The notes under the pieces were generated by a model. That model made no database searches and was not told where the DNA came from. It saw nothing but the letters and a program-made list of their open reading frames with translations. Positions 16,686 to 25,725 of a stretch of 64,000 nt of DNA are shown here, one piece after another (the stretch's first letter is position 1; every line of letters starts with the position of its first letter). The stretch covers positions 5,202 to 69,201 of the IMG/VR virus record IMGVR_UViG_3300037067_007515, one strand, 5' to 3'. The stretch is from a virus. Its lineage: Duplodnaviria; Caudoviricetes. A program made the position numbers and the translations under genes.

Positions 16686-17969
16686 CTACACCACGGCCTG
16701 CGAAGCCGGAAGCGTGTCGATGAATCCGCTCGCGGCAGTGAGGATGCTCGACACCGCGCCCACTCCGGCGGCTGCCACGATAGAGCTCCTGTTCGTGACG
16801 AGGTTCGTCTTGTGCCGCGCGGCATCCGCGAGACTACGCCGGTACTGCTGCGTGAGGATGTCGGCCTGATCCTGGATGTCCTCCTTCGCCTGGTCGGTCT
16901 GGAGGATTGCGGTGTTCAGGTCGCGATCAAGTTGCTCGGCCGCGAGGCGCGCTTCGTTCTTGATCCGCGCCGCCTCCTGCTTGTACTGGGTATCCTCGGT
17001 CTTCTCTTGGTAGGCGAGTTCGGCGGTCTCCTGCTTCGCCTGACGCTCGACGTCTGCGGTGCTCGCCTCCAGGTTCTCGTAGGTCTGCCTGAACGCGAGC
17101 TCGGTGTCCTCGCGCGTGCGTTCGAGTTCTTTGTCGGCGAGAGCGTTTGCGGCCATGACGTCTTCAACGCTCTGCTCGGCTTCGGTTCTCGCGGAACCTA
17201 CTTCCTGGGCATAGCCCATGGCCGTAGCCTGGACGGTGTAACGAGCTTGGCGCTCGGCCTCCTGTTGCTCGGCCCGTGCTGCTTTCTCTACTTGGCGGAG
17301 CGCGAGAAGCGGGGATCCAGTTGCGCGGACGGCCGTCGCCGCGAGCCCCGCCCTGGCCTCCCCGGCTTTGAGCGAGGCCTCTTCCTTTGGGACTCCTACC
17401 TCGTACTCGGCCTGTTGGCCGGCGCGGTTGAGGGTGAGGATCGCCTCGTCCTTGGTCTGGGCCAGGAACTGATCGCGCTTGGCCGTGATCTGGGAGACCT
17501 TACGGGCGGACTCGACGTCGCCCTCTTCCGCTCTCTTCGTGAGCTGCCCGAGACTCTGGTCCTTGGACTCGAGGGCTTGCTTTTTGGCGAGCTCGATCTT
17601 CTCGCGTTCGGCCGCCCGGTTCTCTTCTACCGCGGCCTTCCGCCGGTCGTACTCATCCTGGTCGATCTCGTGCTTCTCGAGGAGGTCGGCCAGCTCCTGC
17701 TCGACACGGGAGGTGTAGGCGTCGCTCTCGTCGATGGTGACTTCGAGCTTTTCCGCCGCGATCCTGGTTTTCTCAGCCTCGAGGAGGGCGTCGGCCTGCG
17801 CGATCTCCCTGGTGCGGTCGGTCTCGACGGCCTCGATCTGCTCGTTGAGACCGGCGATGGCGCTGTCGAGGTCTTCGATCATCGCATCGATGTCGTCCTC
17901 GGCCGCGTCCATCTTCATCGCGGCGGCGGTGAGTGCTACGAACATCCCGAGGATCGCCAAGAACCCCAT
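16686..17969 (-). CDS. Internal virion protein, 427 aa, coiled coil with hydrophobic termini
   Basis: Follows the nozzle gene; homologue at 63181-64000. Confidence 0.7.
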   Translation of the reverse strand: MGFLAILGMFVALTAAAMKMDAAEDDIDAMIEDLDSAIAGLNEQIEAVETDRTREIAQADALLEAEKTRIAAEKLEVTIDESDAYTSRVEQELADLLEKHEIDQDEYDRRKAAVEENRAAEREKIELAKKQALESKDQSLGQLTKRAEEGDVESARKVSQITAKRDQFLAQTKDEAILTLNRAGQQAEYEVGVPKEEASLKAGEARAGLAATAVRATGSPLLALRQVEKAARAEQQEAERQARYTVQATAMGYAQEVGSARTEAEQSVEDVMAANALADKELERTREDTELAFRQTYENLEASTADVERQAKQETAELAYQEKTEDTQYKQEAARIKNEARLAAEQLDRDLNTAILQTDQAKEDIQDQADILTQQYRRSLADAARHKTNLVTNRSSIVAAAGVGAVSSILTAASGFIDTLPASQAVV

Positions 17970-19939
17970 TACGTCTCCACCTCGGGGATCAAGGCAAGGA
18001 TCATACTGCGGTAGGGCTCGTCCTGGATGGCCATGACCCAGGTATCGCGGTCACTCGCCCCGCGGAAGGGACACTCGTAGATTCCGCTGACCGACCCCGT
18101 GAAGGGCATCGTTTCAAGCTGCGCAGCCGTCGACACGCGCCCGAGCTTGCAAGGGTAGCTCGTGAGGACCTCGGCGTAGACTTTGGAGATCTGGCGGAGC
18201 CTCATGTCTCCGGGGCCGTACGGCCCTTCGGTGTGGATCCGCATGGTCTTCATAGTGCAGGTGAATCCCGCGCCCACGACAAGATGGTCTCCGACACAGG
18301 CCGCCGGGGTTGTGAGCACGCCCGCCGTTACCGCCGCCGTGTAGACCGCGCTCTCGGTGACGTTCCATATGGTGGCCGTCGTCCCGGTGAATCTATCGAG
18401 GCCGGTCACGGTGGCGCCGGCCGTAGCGACGTTGACCCAGGCGTCGAGCGGGATCGCCGTCATGTCCTCAATGCCGTCCCAGAGCTCCACGCAGTACTGA
18501 GTGCCGCGGAGCGTTATAGTCCAGACGGCATCCCGCGCGGTACCTCCGGTGACGCCCACACTCTGGACGAGGCCCCCTCCCCCGCAGGTGAGCCGATGCC
18601 AGGCCCGCATACCGAGCTTTCTGTCGTAGGCCAGCGCGCACAGCACCCCGTCCGAGCGGACAGCGTAGACCATCGGCCAGGGAATCACCGCAAATGCCGC
18701 TTCGACCACGGTGCCGGTAGACGTGAAGATGTGCTCGGCGTGGTAGCTGAGATCCTCTACCGATTCCTCCGTTGCATCCCCTACGGGGTACTCCCGGAGG
18801 CGCGTCGCGCTCACCTGCCAGAAGAGCATGGCGTCGCCGATCAGACACCCCGAGACCGCGGCGCCGCCGTTGTGGGTGGAGGGCTGGAGTTTTTCGGGTG
18901 TGAGCGCCGTCATGTCGGCAGGGATCGTGTACTCGACGCCGGCCGTCGAGACGAGGAGAAGCGTTCCCGCTATGAGCTCGTTGACGGTCATCGCGGTATC
19001 GCTCGCGAGCGTCAGCTCCATCGCGGAGTCGGCGGTTGTGAGGTCGCGATAGACCGTGACAGTCTCGAGCTCGGGGATGTCCGGATCAGCCCACGAGGCT
19101 ACGGCCTCGAGCTGCTCGACGTCGTAGCGGAGCCGCTCGAAGTAGGTCATGTCGATGGAGCCTGACGCGCACCAATAGTCCCATACCGCAGTTCCATCGG
19201 TGATCGCCGCAGTTGTCCCGGTCGGTCCGCCGGATCCCGCCGAAGTCCCTGCGGTGACGCAGGTATAGAGCTTGCCGGTGTCGTTAGAGACGATATCCCC
19301 GATCTCGTACGCCGTAGAAGCCGTCCAGGCCACGGCCCTAGCCTCGGTGTAGATCCCGACGCGGCTCGCCCAGAGGGTTCCGGGATCGTTCGTCGACCGC
19401 CCGAACCACAGCCTTTGTCCGAAGCCGGCGATACACCCCGGGTAGTCCCCGGTAGCAGAGAACGGTACCACGCCCGTGTTGCCGACGATGACGGCCGCGC
19501 CGATAGTGAACGTGGAGCCGGTCCACGTTACCTTCTGGATAGCGTAGCCTTCGCAGACGATGAAGAGCGTGTTGCCGTCCACGGCGAAGCGAAGGGCTCG
19601 GCACGCGGCCGCGGTCGTGTAGGGGGTCACGAGCTCGAGGGGAGCGCCGAACAATGCACCCGCAGCCGTCCAGAACCGGAGCACGAGCGCGGTGAACTCG
19701 AGCATGTAGCAGGTCCCGCTCGGGAGTCTCCAGCCCTGGAGGCGCCCCAGGACGTTGTTCTTCGTGGTACCGAGGTACTTGGTTCCCGGCCGCGTGATGA
19801 CCCCGCCCTGGGAGAACGGCATCCAGTTTTCGAGGGTGAGGCACCCCTTCTGATAGATCGCGAGGTCCCACCGGGCAGAGAACTTCGGCGTGAGCTCTCC
19901 GGCTGTGAAGTCTGTGATGGGGACAGCGGAGAATGCCAC
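17969..19939 (-). CDS. Tail nozzle (T7 gp12 / P22 gp10-like tubular protein B) with one inserted CBM-like module
   Basis: N-terminal ITDFTAGELTP...NWMPFSQGGVITRPGT is typical of podovirus nozzle proteins. Confidence 0.8.
   Translation of the reverse strand: MAFSAVPITDFTAGELTPKFSARWDLAIYQKGCLTLENWMPFSQGGVITRPGTKYLGTTKNNVLGRLQGWRLPSGTCYMLEFTALVLRFWTAAGALFGAPLELVTPYTTAAACRALRFAVDGNTLFIVCEGYAIQKVTWTGSTFTIGAAVIVGNTGVVPFSATGDYPGCIAGFGQRLWFGRSTNDPGTLWASRVGIYTEARAVAWTASTAYEIGDIVSNDTGKLYTCVTAGTSAGSGGPTGTTAAITDGTAVWDYWCASGSIDMTYFERLRYDVEQLEAVASWADPDIPELETVTVYRDLTTADSAMELTLASDTAMTVNELIAGTLLLVSTAGVEYTIPADMTALTPEKLQPSTHNGGAAVSGCLIGDAMLFWQVSATRLREYPVGDATEESVEDLSYHAEHIFTSTGTVVEAAFAVIPWPMVYAVRSDGVLCALAYDRKLGMRAWHRLTCGGGGLVQSVGVTGGTARDAVWTITLRGTQYCVELWDGIEDMTAIPLDAWVNVATAGATVTGLDRFTGTTATIWNVTESAVYTAAVTAGVLTTPAACVGDHLVVGAGFTCTMKTMRIHTEGPYGPGDMRLRQISKVYAEVLTSYPCKLGRVSTAAQLETMPFTGSVSGIYECPFRGASDRDTWVMAIQDEPYRSMILALIPEVET
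19172..19327 (-). repeat. CBM5/12-like module copy 1 (in the nozzle)
   Basis: WTASTAYEIGDIVSNDTGKLYTCVTAGTSAGSGGPTGTTAAITDGTAVWDYW. Confidence 0.85.
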
Positions 19940-19942
19940 TGC

Positions 19943-20881
19943 CTACACCTGGTCCCAGGGCGTGGGCTCGGTCGGTGACTCCGTGGCCTCCTCCATGGCC
20001 ACGGGGCGCGCGGTGGCGTACCAGGAGCCGAAGGTCTGTTCGGCCTTCTCCGCTCGCTCGGCGTCCCCGGTAACATAGAGGCAGATGTCGGCGACGATCC
20101 GCATGGCGACGGTGGTCTGAAGGAGCTCGTCCCACATGGTGGGGTCGGTCTCTTGGCGGACGTAGAGGAGCACGGAGGGGTCCTGGTTCGTGTAGATCCA
20201 GAGGCCTTCCCTCTTGTACGCGATACCCTGCACATCCTCCGATGCAGCCCCATCGATGGGGACCTTGACTATCCGCAGGCAGTCAATGGGGCGGATCCAT
20301 AGGTAGTCGTAGCTCGTTCGGTTCGCGGGCGGCGTGCCGTAGTAGCACCAGTGCGCGGTGCCGTCAGTGATGTCGGTCGTCGTTCCCGTTGGGCCTCCCG
20401 AGGCCGCGGAGGTGCCGGCGGTGATGCAGCGGTAGACTTTCCCGGTGTCGTTACTGACGACGTCGCCTACCAGGTATGCGGTCAAGGCGACCCAGCACCA
20501 GTTGTTCGCGGTGGTCGAGGCTTCCTTGTAGTCCCATACCACAGTCCCGTCAGTGATGTCGTCCGTGGTGCCCGTAGGGCCTCCGGAGGCCGCGGACGTT
20601 CCCGCCGTGGTGCACTCGTAGGTCTTCGCGGTGTCGTTCGTGCAGCGGTCGCCCACCTCGTAGCGGTGGCTGAGCGTCCACGGCGTGGCCTGATCGTGCC
20701 ACCCGAGCATAGACTGGCGCTTCAAGCACGAGGGCCAGGCCATGAGGCGGAGAACGTCGTCCCGGCAGACAGAGTACGCCGCGATAGCTGCGGCCTGGTT
20801 GCGAGTCGTGTCGGACATGCTGGAGGCGTCGGGCTGGCCGAGCAGGCGCAAGGCTCTGTTTACGATCTCTAGATTCGTCAC
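19943..20881 (-). CDS. Tail adaptor (T7 gp11 / P22 gp4-like tubular protein A) with two inserted CBM-like modules
   Basis: TNLEIVNRALRLLGQ...RDDVLRLMAWP...YVRQETDPTMWDELL adaptor pattern. Confidence 0.8.
   Translation of the reverse strand: MTNLEIVNRALRLLGQPDASSMSDTTRNQAAAIAAYSVCRDDVLRLMAWPSCLKRQSMLGWHDQATPWTLSHRYEVGDRCTNDTAKTYECTTAGTSAASGGPTGTTDDITDGTVVWDYKEASTTANNWCWVALTAYLVGDVVSNDTGKVYRCITAGTSAASGGPTGTTTDITDGTAHWCYYGTPPANRTSYDYLWIRPIDCLRIVKVPIDGAASEDVQGIAYKREGLWIYTNQDPSVLLYVRQETDPTMWDELLQTTVAMRIVADICLYVTGDAERAEKAEQTFGSWYATARPVAMEEATESPTEPTPWDQV
20339..20680 (-). repeat. CBM5/12-like module copies 2 and 3 (tandem, in the adaptor)
   Basis: WTLSHRYEVGDRCTNDTAKTYECTTAGTSAASGGPTGTTDDITDGTVVWDY and WVALTAYLVGDVVSNDTGKVYRCITAGTSAASGGPTGTTTDITDGTAHWCY. 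Confidence 0.85.
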
Positions 20882-20935
20882 CTACGTCCCTTCCTGTGAA
20901 GCAGGGCGGGCCCCGAAGAGCCCGCCCGTCTTGCT

Positions 20936-21223
20936 TCAGGCCCTGGCCCTTGCCCGCGGCTTCTCGGACGGCTCGACCTTCATGGCCGCCGCCCGGGTGT
21001 TCTTCCTGGCCCGCTCTTCCTTACCGAGCTGGTCCTCGAACTGCTTCTCTGCCAGCTTCACCTGGTCCCGGTCCATCTCGGCGAACGGCAGGAAGTGCTT
21101 GAGCAAGCCGTTGCCGCCTTTGACGGCGAAGGCCTTCTCGTCGATGGTGTACAGGGCGTCCTTCTTGTAGAACTTGCAGCCCGTCGAGTCGTAGCAGTCC
21201 CGTACACACTTCGCTTGGATCAC
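20936..21223 (-). CDS. Small hypothetical protein of the head/tail region
   Basis: GTG start with an AGAGGGG SD; position between cement and adaptor genes. Confidence 0.6.
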   Translation of the reverse strand: MIQAKCVRDCYDSTGCKFYKKDALYTIDEKAFAVKGGNGLLKHFLPFAEMDRDQVKLAEKQFEDQLGKEERARKNTRAAAMKVEPSEKPRARARA

Positions 21224-21257
21224 TGTATCACCCCCTCTCTTGAGCTATGTCCCTCGC

Positions 21258-21683
21258 CTATAGCGCGGGGACTGAGACATCGACCGCCGGCCGGAGATCC
21301 CAGGCCCCAGCCGTGAAGACATCGGTGCCGATCGTGTAGATCGCGCCGAAGTACCTGAGCAAGGTATCGGCGTAGGTCACCGGAATCCTGGGGTACGGCA
21401 TGGCGTTGACCGCCCAGGCGACGATGGTCGCGTTGGGGATGGTCCCGCTGTCCCAGATGACCGTGGACGCCGTGAGCGCCGCCGCCGCCGACGTCACGAT
21501 CTGAATCTGGAGCGTACCGCCGCCCGCCGACACGATGGCCGTCGTGACGCGGAAGAAGTACCACAGGGGATCGACGATCCGCCTGCCGGACACGCCCAGA
21601 TCGACCACGTTGTCAGAGATGTGCGTGGTTGCGGTGGTCTCAGCCTGGGCCGTGGAAAGGTCACCGAAATTGTCTAGGTACAT
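21258..21683 (-). CDS. Capsid cement/decoration protein (Bbp16-like)
   Basis: MYLDNFGDLSTAQAETTATTHISDNVVDLG... directly after the major capsid gene with a GGGGAAGG SD. Confidence 0.7.
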   Translation of the reverse strand: MYLDNFGDLSTAQAETTATTHISDNVVDLGVSGRRIVDPLWYFFRVTTAIVSAGGGTLQIQIVTSAAAALTASTVIWDSGTIPNATIVAWAVNAMPYPRIPVTYADTLLRYFGAIYTIGTDVFTAGAWDLRPAVDVSVPAL

Positions 21684-21694
21684 GCCTTCCCCCT

Positions 21695-22690
21695 TTAGCT
21701 CACCACCGACTCGGTGTTGAGGATCTGATCGTTCCGCTTGATGGGAACGCCGAGGAAGGAGAGAACCGGCTTCCCCTCCGGGTTGGTGACGTTCAGCATG
21801 GTGTTCGCGTTCGCGCGCGCCTGCTTCCAGAGCCACGTCCTGACGGTCTGGTTGCAGTAGAACACGGCGTTGCCCATGTTGATGTCGGGGATGCGCTCGT
21901 AGGCGTCGATCATCGCCGCGAACAGATCGACGGTGGAGGTGGTGATCGCGCTCGTGTCGATGTTGCAGATGCGCACGACGTAGCGCCAGTCGCGCACGGT
22001 CATCCCGAGGTCCCACTTGTAGTGGGAGCGGTAGCCCTGGTAGTGACCGGCGGGGGTCTGATCGTCGTCGAGCGTGACCTCTCCCAGGTCCTGGTGCTGA
22101 AAGCCGGCCACCGAGCCCTTGGGGTAGATCCCGTGGCAGGTGTTCTCGCCCCAGACGATGAGATGCATGCTCGTCTGGTCGCTGCCCGAAGCGGAGCTGT
22201 AGGCAGAGACGGTGTTGTAGGTGCTCACCGTGGAGTCCGTACCGATGGAAGCGTAACGCGGGTTGATACCCGTGAAGCGCTCCGGGTAGGTGAGGATGGA
22301 GCCGTAGGCGAGCGTGCTGGCCATCGCCTGGTTCATGGCCTCGAGGAACGGACGATCCTCGGAGAGCCGCCACGCGGCAGCGTTCCCGTTGAGGTCGGCG
22401 AGAGCCTTGTCCACCTCGGCGTAGGCCTCCAGCATACCGCAGGAGTCCTGGATCTTGGACGTCACGCTCTTGGACGGCTGCACGCCATAGTTGAGGATGC
22501 GCCAGGTTACCGTAGGCATACCCATGCGGACCGTGGTGACGTGACCGGTCGGGAGGTTGCCCTCGAGTACGATCATGTCGTCCAGGATCTTGTTCGTCTG
22601 CTTCAGCAGCTCGATGATCGTGGTGACCTTGTTGTCGGGGCCAAGGCGGGACTGAAGGTCCGCGTACGAGACCCCGGTTAGGGTAGACAT
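21695..22690 (-). CDS. Major capsid protein (Bordetella BPP-1 Bbp17-like)
   Basis: IIELLKQTNKILDDM...GNLPTGHVTTVRMGMP...CGMLEAYAEVDKALADLNGN...SEDRPFLEAMNQ...VRDWRYVVRICNID. Confidence 0.9.
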   Translation of the reverse strand: MSTLTGVSYADLQSRLGPDNKVTTIIELLKQTNKILDDMIVLEGNLPTGHVTTVRMGMPTVTWRILNYGVQPSKSVTSKIQDSCGMLEAYAEVDKALADLNGNAAAWRLSEDRPFLEAMNQAMASTLAYGSILTYPERFTGINPRYASIGTDSTVSTYNTVSAYSSASGSDQTSMHLIVWGENTCHGIYPKGSVAGFQHQDLGEVTLDDDQTPAGHYQGYRSHYKWDLGMTVRDWRYVVRICNIDTSAITTSTVDLFAAMIDAYERIPDINMGNAVFYCNQTVRTWLWKQARANANTMLNVTNPEGKPVLSFLGVPIKRNDQILNTESVVS

Positions 22691-22708
22691 GCTACCCTCC
22701 TGTCCGGG

Positions 22709-23536
22709 CTACTTCGCCTTCGGGTACATGACATCGGCTGGGTTCTGAGTAGGCGTCGGCGCTCCACCTTCGACGAAGGGCCTCGGGCTCATGCCGCGCC
22801 CGAGCTCCGCGAAGAACCGGATGAACTCCATGTCGTTCGCGAGGCCGGACCGGCTCAGCTTGTCGGCGAGTCCGGGAAACTTCTCGAAGTAGTGTTGCGC
22901 TGCCCGCTCCATGTATCCGGTCTGAAGGGCATAGTCACCCTTCCACAGGGACTTGAGCTCGCCCTCCGTCTGCGCGACCGTAGCCTTGACCTGTTTCGCG
23001 GCCTCGACGGCATCGGACAGGCGAGACTTCTGGTCCCACAGAAAAAGTTGGCTGAGCTGCGCCTGCGTGAGACCGGCCTTGTGGGCGGCCTCCGCGAGAG
23101 CGGCCATCCTGGTGTCCGGATACTCGAATCCAGCCGGAGCCTTACCCTTCTCCAGCTTGTAGTCCGTGGGTTTGTCGGGCACTCCGATCGCTTTGCGATA
23201 GGCTGCCCGTTCCTCGGCCGTGCTTTTCTCGTTTGGTACGGTCACGCCGGTCTTCGCCTTGGTTTCCACGTAGTGCGCGACAAGGTCCGGGGCGCCCCGC
23301 GGGAAGCGGGTCGCGAGTTCCTTGACGAGCTCGGTGTTGGCCTTCTGCTCGGACGTCAGTGCCGCCACCCATCCGGGGGGCTGGTCCGTGGCGCCACCTT
23401 CCGCCAACGGCGGGGTGGCTGGTGTGCCGGTGGTTTTCGCGGTCAGGAACCCGGCGGATCCCTGGCCTGCGTCTCCCGCCTGCGGGGCGGGGCTTCCTTG
23501 AGTGGTCGCCCCGGCGTCTGCATTCTGGTCGATCAT
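22709..23536 (-). CDS. Capsid scaffolding protein
   Basis: Low-complexity N-terminus, G(I)VPDKPTDY motif, ends ADVMYPKAK, immediately upstream of the capsid gene. Confidence 0.75.
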   Translation of the reverse strand: MIDQNADAGATTQGSPAPQAGDAGQGSAGFLTAKTTGTPATPPLAEGGATDQPPGWVAALTSEQKANTELVKELATRFPRGAPDLVAHYVETKAKTGVTVPNEKSTAEERAAYRKAIGVPDKPTDYKLEKGKAPAGFEYPDTRMAALAEAAHKAGLTQAQLSQLFLWDQKSRLSDAVEAAKQVKATVAQTEGELKSLWKGDYALQTGYMERAAQHYFEKFPGLADKLSRSGLANDMEFIRFFAELGRGMSPRPFVEGGAPTPTQNPADVMYPKAK

Positions 23537-23790
23537 GTCTTTCCTTCCCTCGTGACCAGGGCCGCTATGATGCGCCTGGTCGAATTGCGCTTGATCCTCG
23601 CAAGGATCATTACCGCCGTGTTGTGCCGCGCGATACCTTCGGGGCCCTTGATCTCGTCGAGCAATCCCAGCTCTTCGAGAAGACTGGCCAGCACGATCTG
23701 TCCGTCCTCGGTCTGCGTGAGGTTCTCCCATGCCCGGTCGATACGCGCGGCGCGATCTTCCGGTTTGAGCTCAAGGACGGATTCAAGCAC
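23533..23790 (-). CDS. Bbp19-like small head-region protein
   Basis: LTQTEDGQIVLASLLEELG...EGIARHN pattern upstream of the scaffold gene. Confidence 0.6.
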   Translation of the reverse strand: MLESVLELKPEDRAARIDRAWENLTQTEDGQIVLASLLEELGLLDEIKGPEGIARHNTAVMILARIKRNSTRRIIAALVTREGKT

Positions 23791-23854
23791 CCTGATCCTC
23801 CTTTCAAGGGACCGGGCGGCCCCGGGACGAGCCGGGACCGCCTATCCCACACGC

Positions 23855-24520
23855 TTACATGCCGGCCGGCAGCGGCAGCTCGGCGAACACGAAGCTCGTC
23901 ACGTAGGTCGTGGACGAGGCCACGACACCCACGAGAGAGATCGCGGTTCCGGGGGGAAGTCCCATTTCCCCGTCGAAGTTGTACTGGAGCAGGGAGAACT
24001 CCAGGTTGGCCTCGGTTCCGGCCGCCCAGCTCGAGAACCCGAGGCTCATGATGGGCGTGGGCTGCGTCGTCCAGGTGACCGTGGCTCCCGCGTACCGACC
24101 CTTGCCGGCGCCTCCGCCGAGCAGGAGGTTGAGCGGCGCGATGTTGGTGAACGACGCGAACGTGCCGCCGGTGGCGACCTCCTGAGCGGAGGGCGTGTAC
24201 GCCAGCAGGTAGCTGTCGTCCAGGTAGGTCGCGATGGCCGCTAGGCCAAGGTTGATGCGGATCGGGACGATGAGCTTGCCCGATCCGGGCGGGTTCCACA
24301 GCGTGGGGCTGTTGGTCGCCGTCGAGTAGATCGGAATCGCCGCCGGGGCTGCCGGGGACGTCAGCGTGGAGTACATGTAGCCGCGGCTCATCCACTCCAG
24401 GTACTTCGGTCCCTTCATGCCCATCAGCATCGCCCCCCAGCGGTCGCTACCGACCTCAGAGGGGATTCCGTCAGCGACCGGGCCGACGAGGCCGGGCCGT
24501 ACCGAGATGGGGTTGCCCAT
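23855..24520 (-). CDS. Hypothetical beta-rich protein in the head operon
   Basis: GGAGG SD, 221-aa ORF co-oriented within the operon. Confidence 0.7.
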   Translation of the reverse strand: MGNPISVRPGLVGPVADGIPSEVGSDRWGAMLMGMKGPKYLEWMSRGYMYSTLTSPAAPAAIPIYSTATNSPTLWNPPGSGKLIVPIRINLGLAAIATYLDDSYLLAYTPSAQEVATGGTFASFTNIAPLNLLLGGGAGKGRYAGATVTWTTQPTPIMSLGFSSWAAGTEANLEFSLLQYNFDGEMGLPPGTAISLVGVVASSTTYVTSFVFAELPLPAGM

Positions 24521-24529
24521 GTGGGCCTC

Positions 24530-25045
24530 CTATACTCCGAGCTCGCGATCGCTCTCTTCGGCCGCCTGGTCCCGGTCGGAACCGGATCCAGACTGCACCT
24601 CCAGGAGCATGCGTACCCGCTTGAGCTCAACGAGCGTCAGGTACGTCAGTTTCGCGAGCGGGGAATCCTTGACTTCGATGGCGCCGTCGGAGGCGTATGC
24701 CTCGTCCATGGCGCCTGCGCCCCTCCGGGCAAACGCGGGAACGTCGAGGAGGAAGTAACCCTCCACGATGCATCGGATCGACTCCGAGGGGCTTGCGGTG
24801 ACGATCAGGAGCTCTCCGTACTCGACGACGAGCGTCCCTTCCCAGCCGGTTTCGCGCCGCGCCGGTAGCGAAGCCTCCACGAGCGGCTCCCTACCGGGGC
24901 TCTTCGCCGACACCACGCCGGCGTTGTCGCTCTCGTTGCGGAACGTGACCTTGGTCACGACGTAGACGTAGCCGGGTTTCGGCTCTACGGCCGTCCCGCT
25001 GCCTCCGGTCACGAGACCCGAGTACAGGTTGATCTTGGCGCTCAT
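24530..25045 (-). CDS. Hypothetical protein in the head operon
   Basis: ATGA overlap with the upstream gene; 171 aa. Confidence 0.7.
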   Translation of the reverse strand: MSAKINLYSGLVTGGSGTAVEPKPGYVYVVTKVTFRNESDNAGVVSAKSPGREPLVEASLPARRETGWEGTLVVEYGELLIVTASPSESIRCIVEGYFLLDVPAFARRGAGAMDEAYASDGAIEVKDSPLAKLTYLTLVELKRVRMLLEVQSGSGSDRDQAAEESDRELGV

Positions 25046-25713
25046 AGGGCCTCCAGCGTGTAGACCATGGCCGTGATCGACATGGTCTCGAGCTCCGGCG
25101 TGTAGATGACGTGCAGCACGTTTGCCTCTCCGGTCTCCACGATCGCGGCGCTCGGCCAGATCGTGGGGAGGATCAGCCGCGCGGGGAGTATCGGGCCGAC
25201 AAGCTCGCCCGTGGCGACCGCGCTCCCGTGCCAGTCATGGAACGAGGATCCGAAGTCCCGGGACTGTCTGATGTGGAGCGCAAAGGTGAGCGACCAGAAA
25301 GCGTCCGTGTGCTCGGCCTCGTCGAGTGGGACGTCGTAGGTGTCCAGGACCGGACGGCTCTCGGCCTTGTGCTCCCACGTGACCGTTCCGTCCGTGATGG
25401 AGGCTCCGCTTCCGGTGGGGCCGCCGCTTGAATCGGACGTTCCGGCGGCGGTGCATCGGTACTTCTGGAGGCCGTCGTTTGTCACGAGATCCCCGATTGC
25501 GTAGGCGTGGCTCGGGATCCAGTTCGGCGGGCAGATCGCGACCCGTAGTTGGATGGTCGCGGGGCCCTCGGGCTTGCTCAGCTTGCCCGCCAACTGCCCG
25601 CGGAGAACCATGCCCGGGGTCAGGGAATTGGCCGGGAGACCCACGAGCGGAACCAGCTCTGCGGATTCCGCGTCGGTCAAGGTCTTGTAATTGGCGTCCA
25701 TCGCGTACAACAC
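25042..25713 (-). CDS. Hypothetical protein with one CBM-like module
   Basis: GGAGG SD + GTG; contains WIPSHAYAIGDLVTNDG...GGPTG...ITDGTVTW. Confidence 0.75.
   Translation of the reverse strand: MLYAMDANYKTLTDAESAELVPLVGLPANSLTPGMVLRGQLAGKLSKPEGPATIQLRVAICPPNWIPSHAYAIGDLVTNDGLQKYRCTAAGTSDSSGGPTGSGASITDGTVTWEHKAESRPVLDTYDVPLDEAEHTDAFWSLTFALHIRQSRDFGSSFHDWHGSAVATGELVGPILPARLILPTIWPSAAIVETGEANVLHVIYTPELETMSITAMVYTLEAL
25365..25521 (-). repeat. CBM5/12-like module copy 4
   Basis: WIPSHAYAIGDLVTNDGLQKYRCTAAGTSDSSGGPTGSGASITDGTVTWEH. Confidence 0.85.
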
Positions 25714-25725
25714 GCTCGTCCTCCT

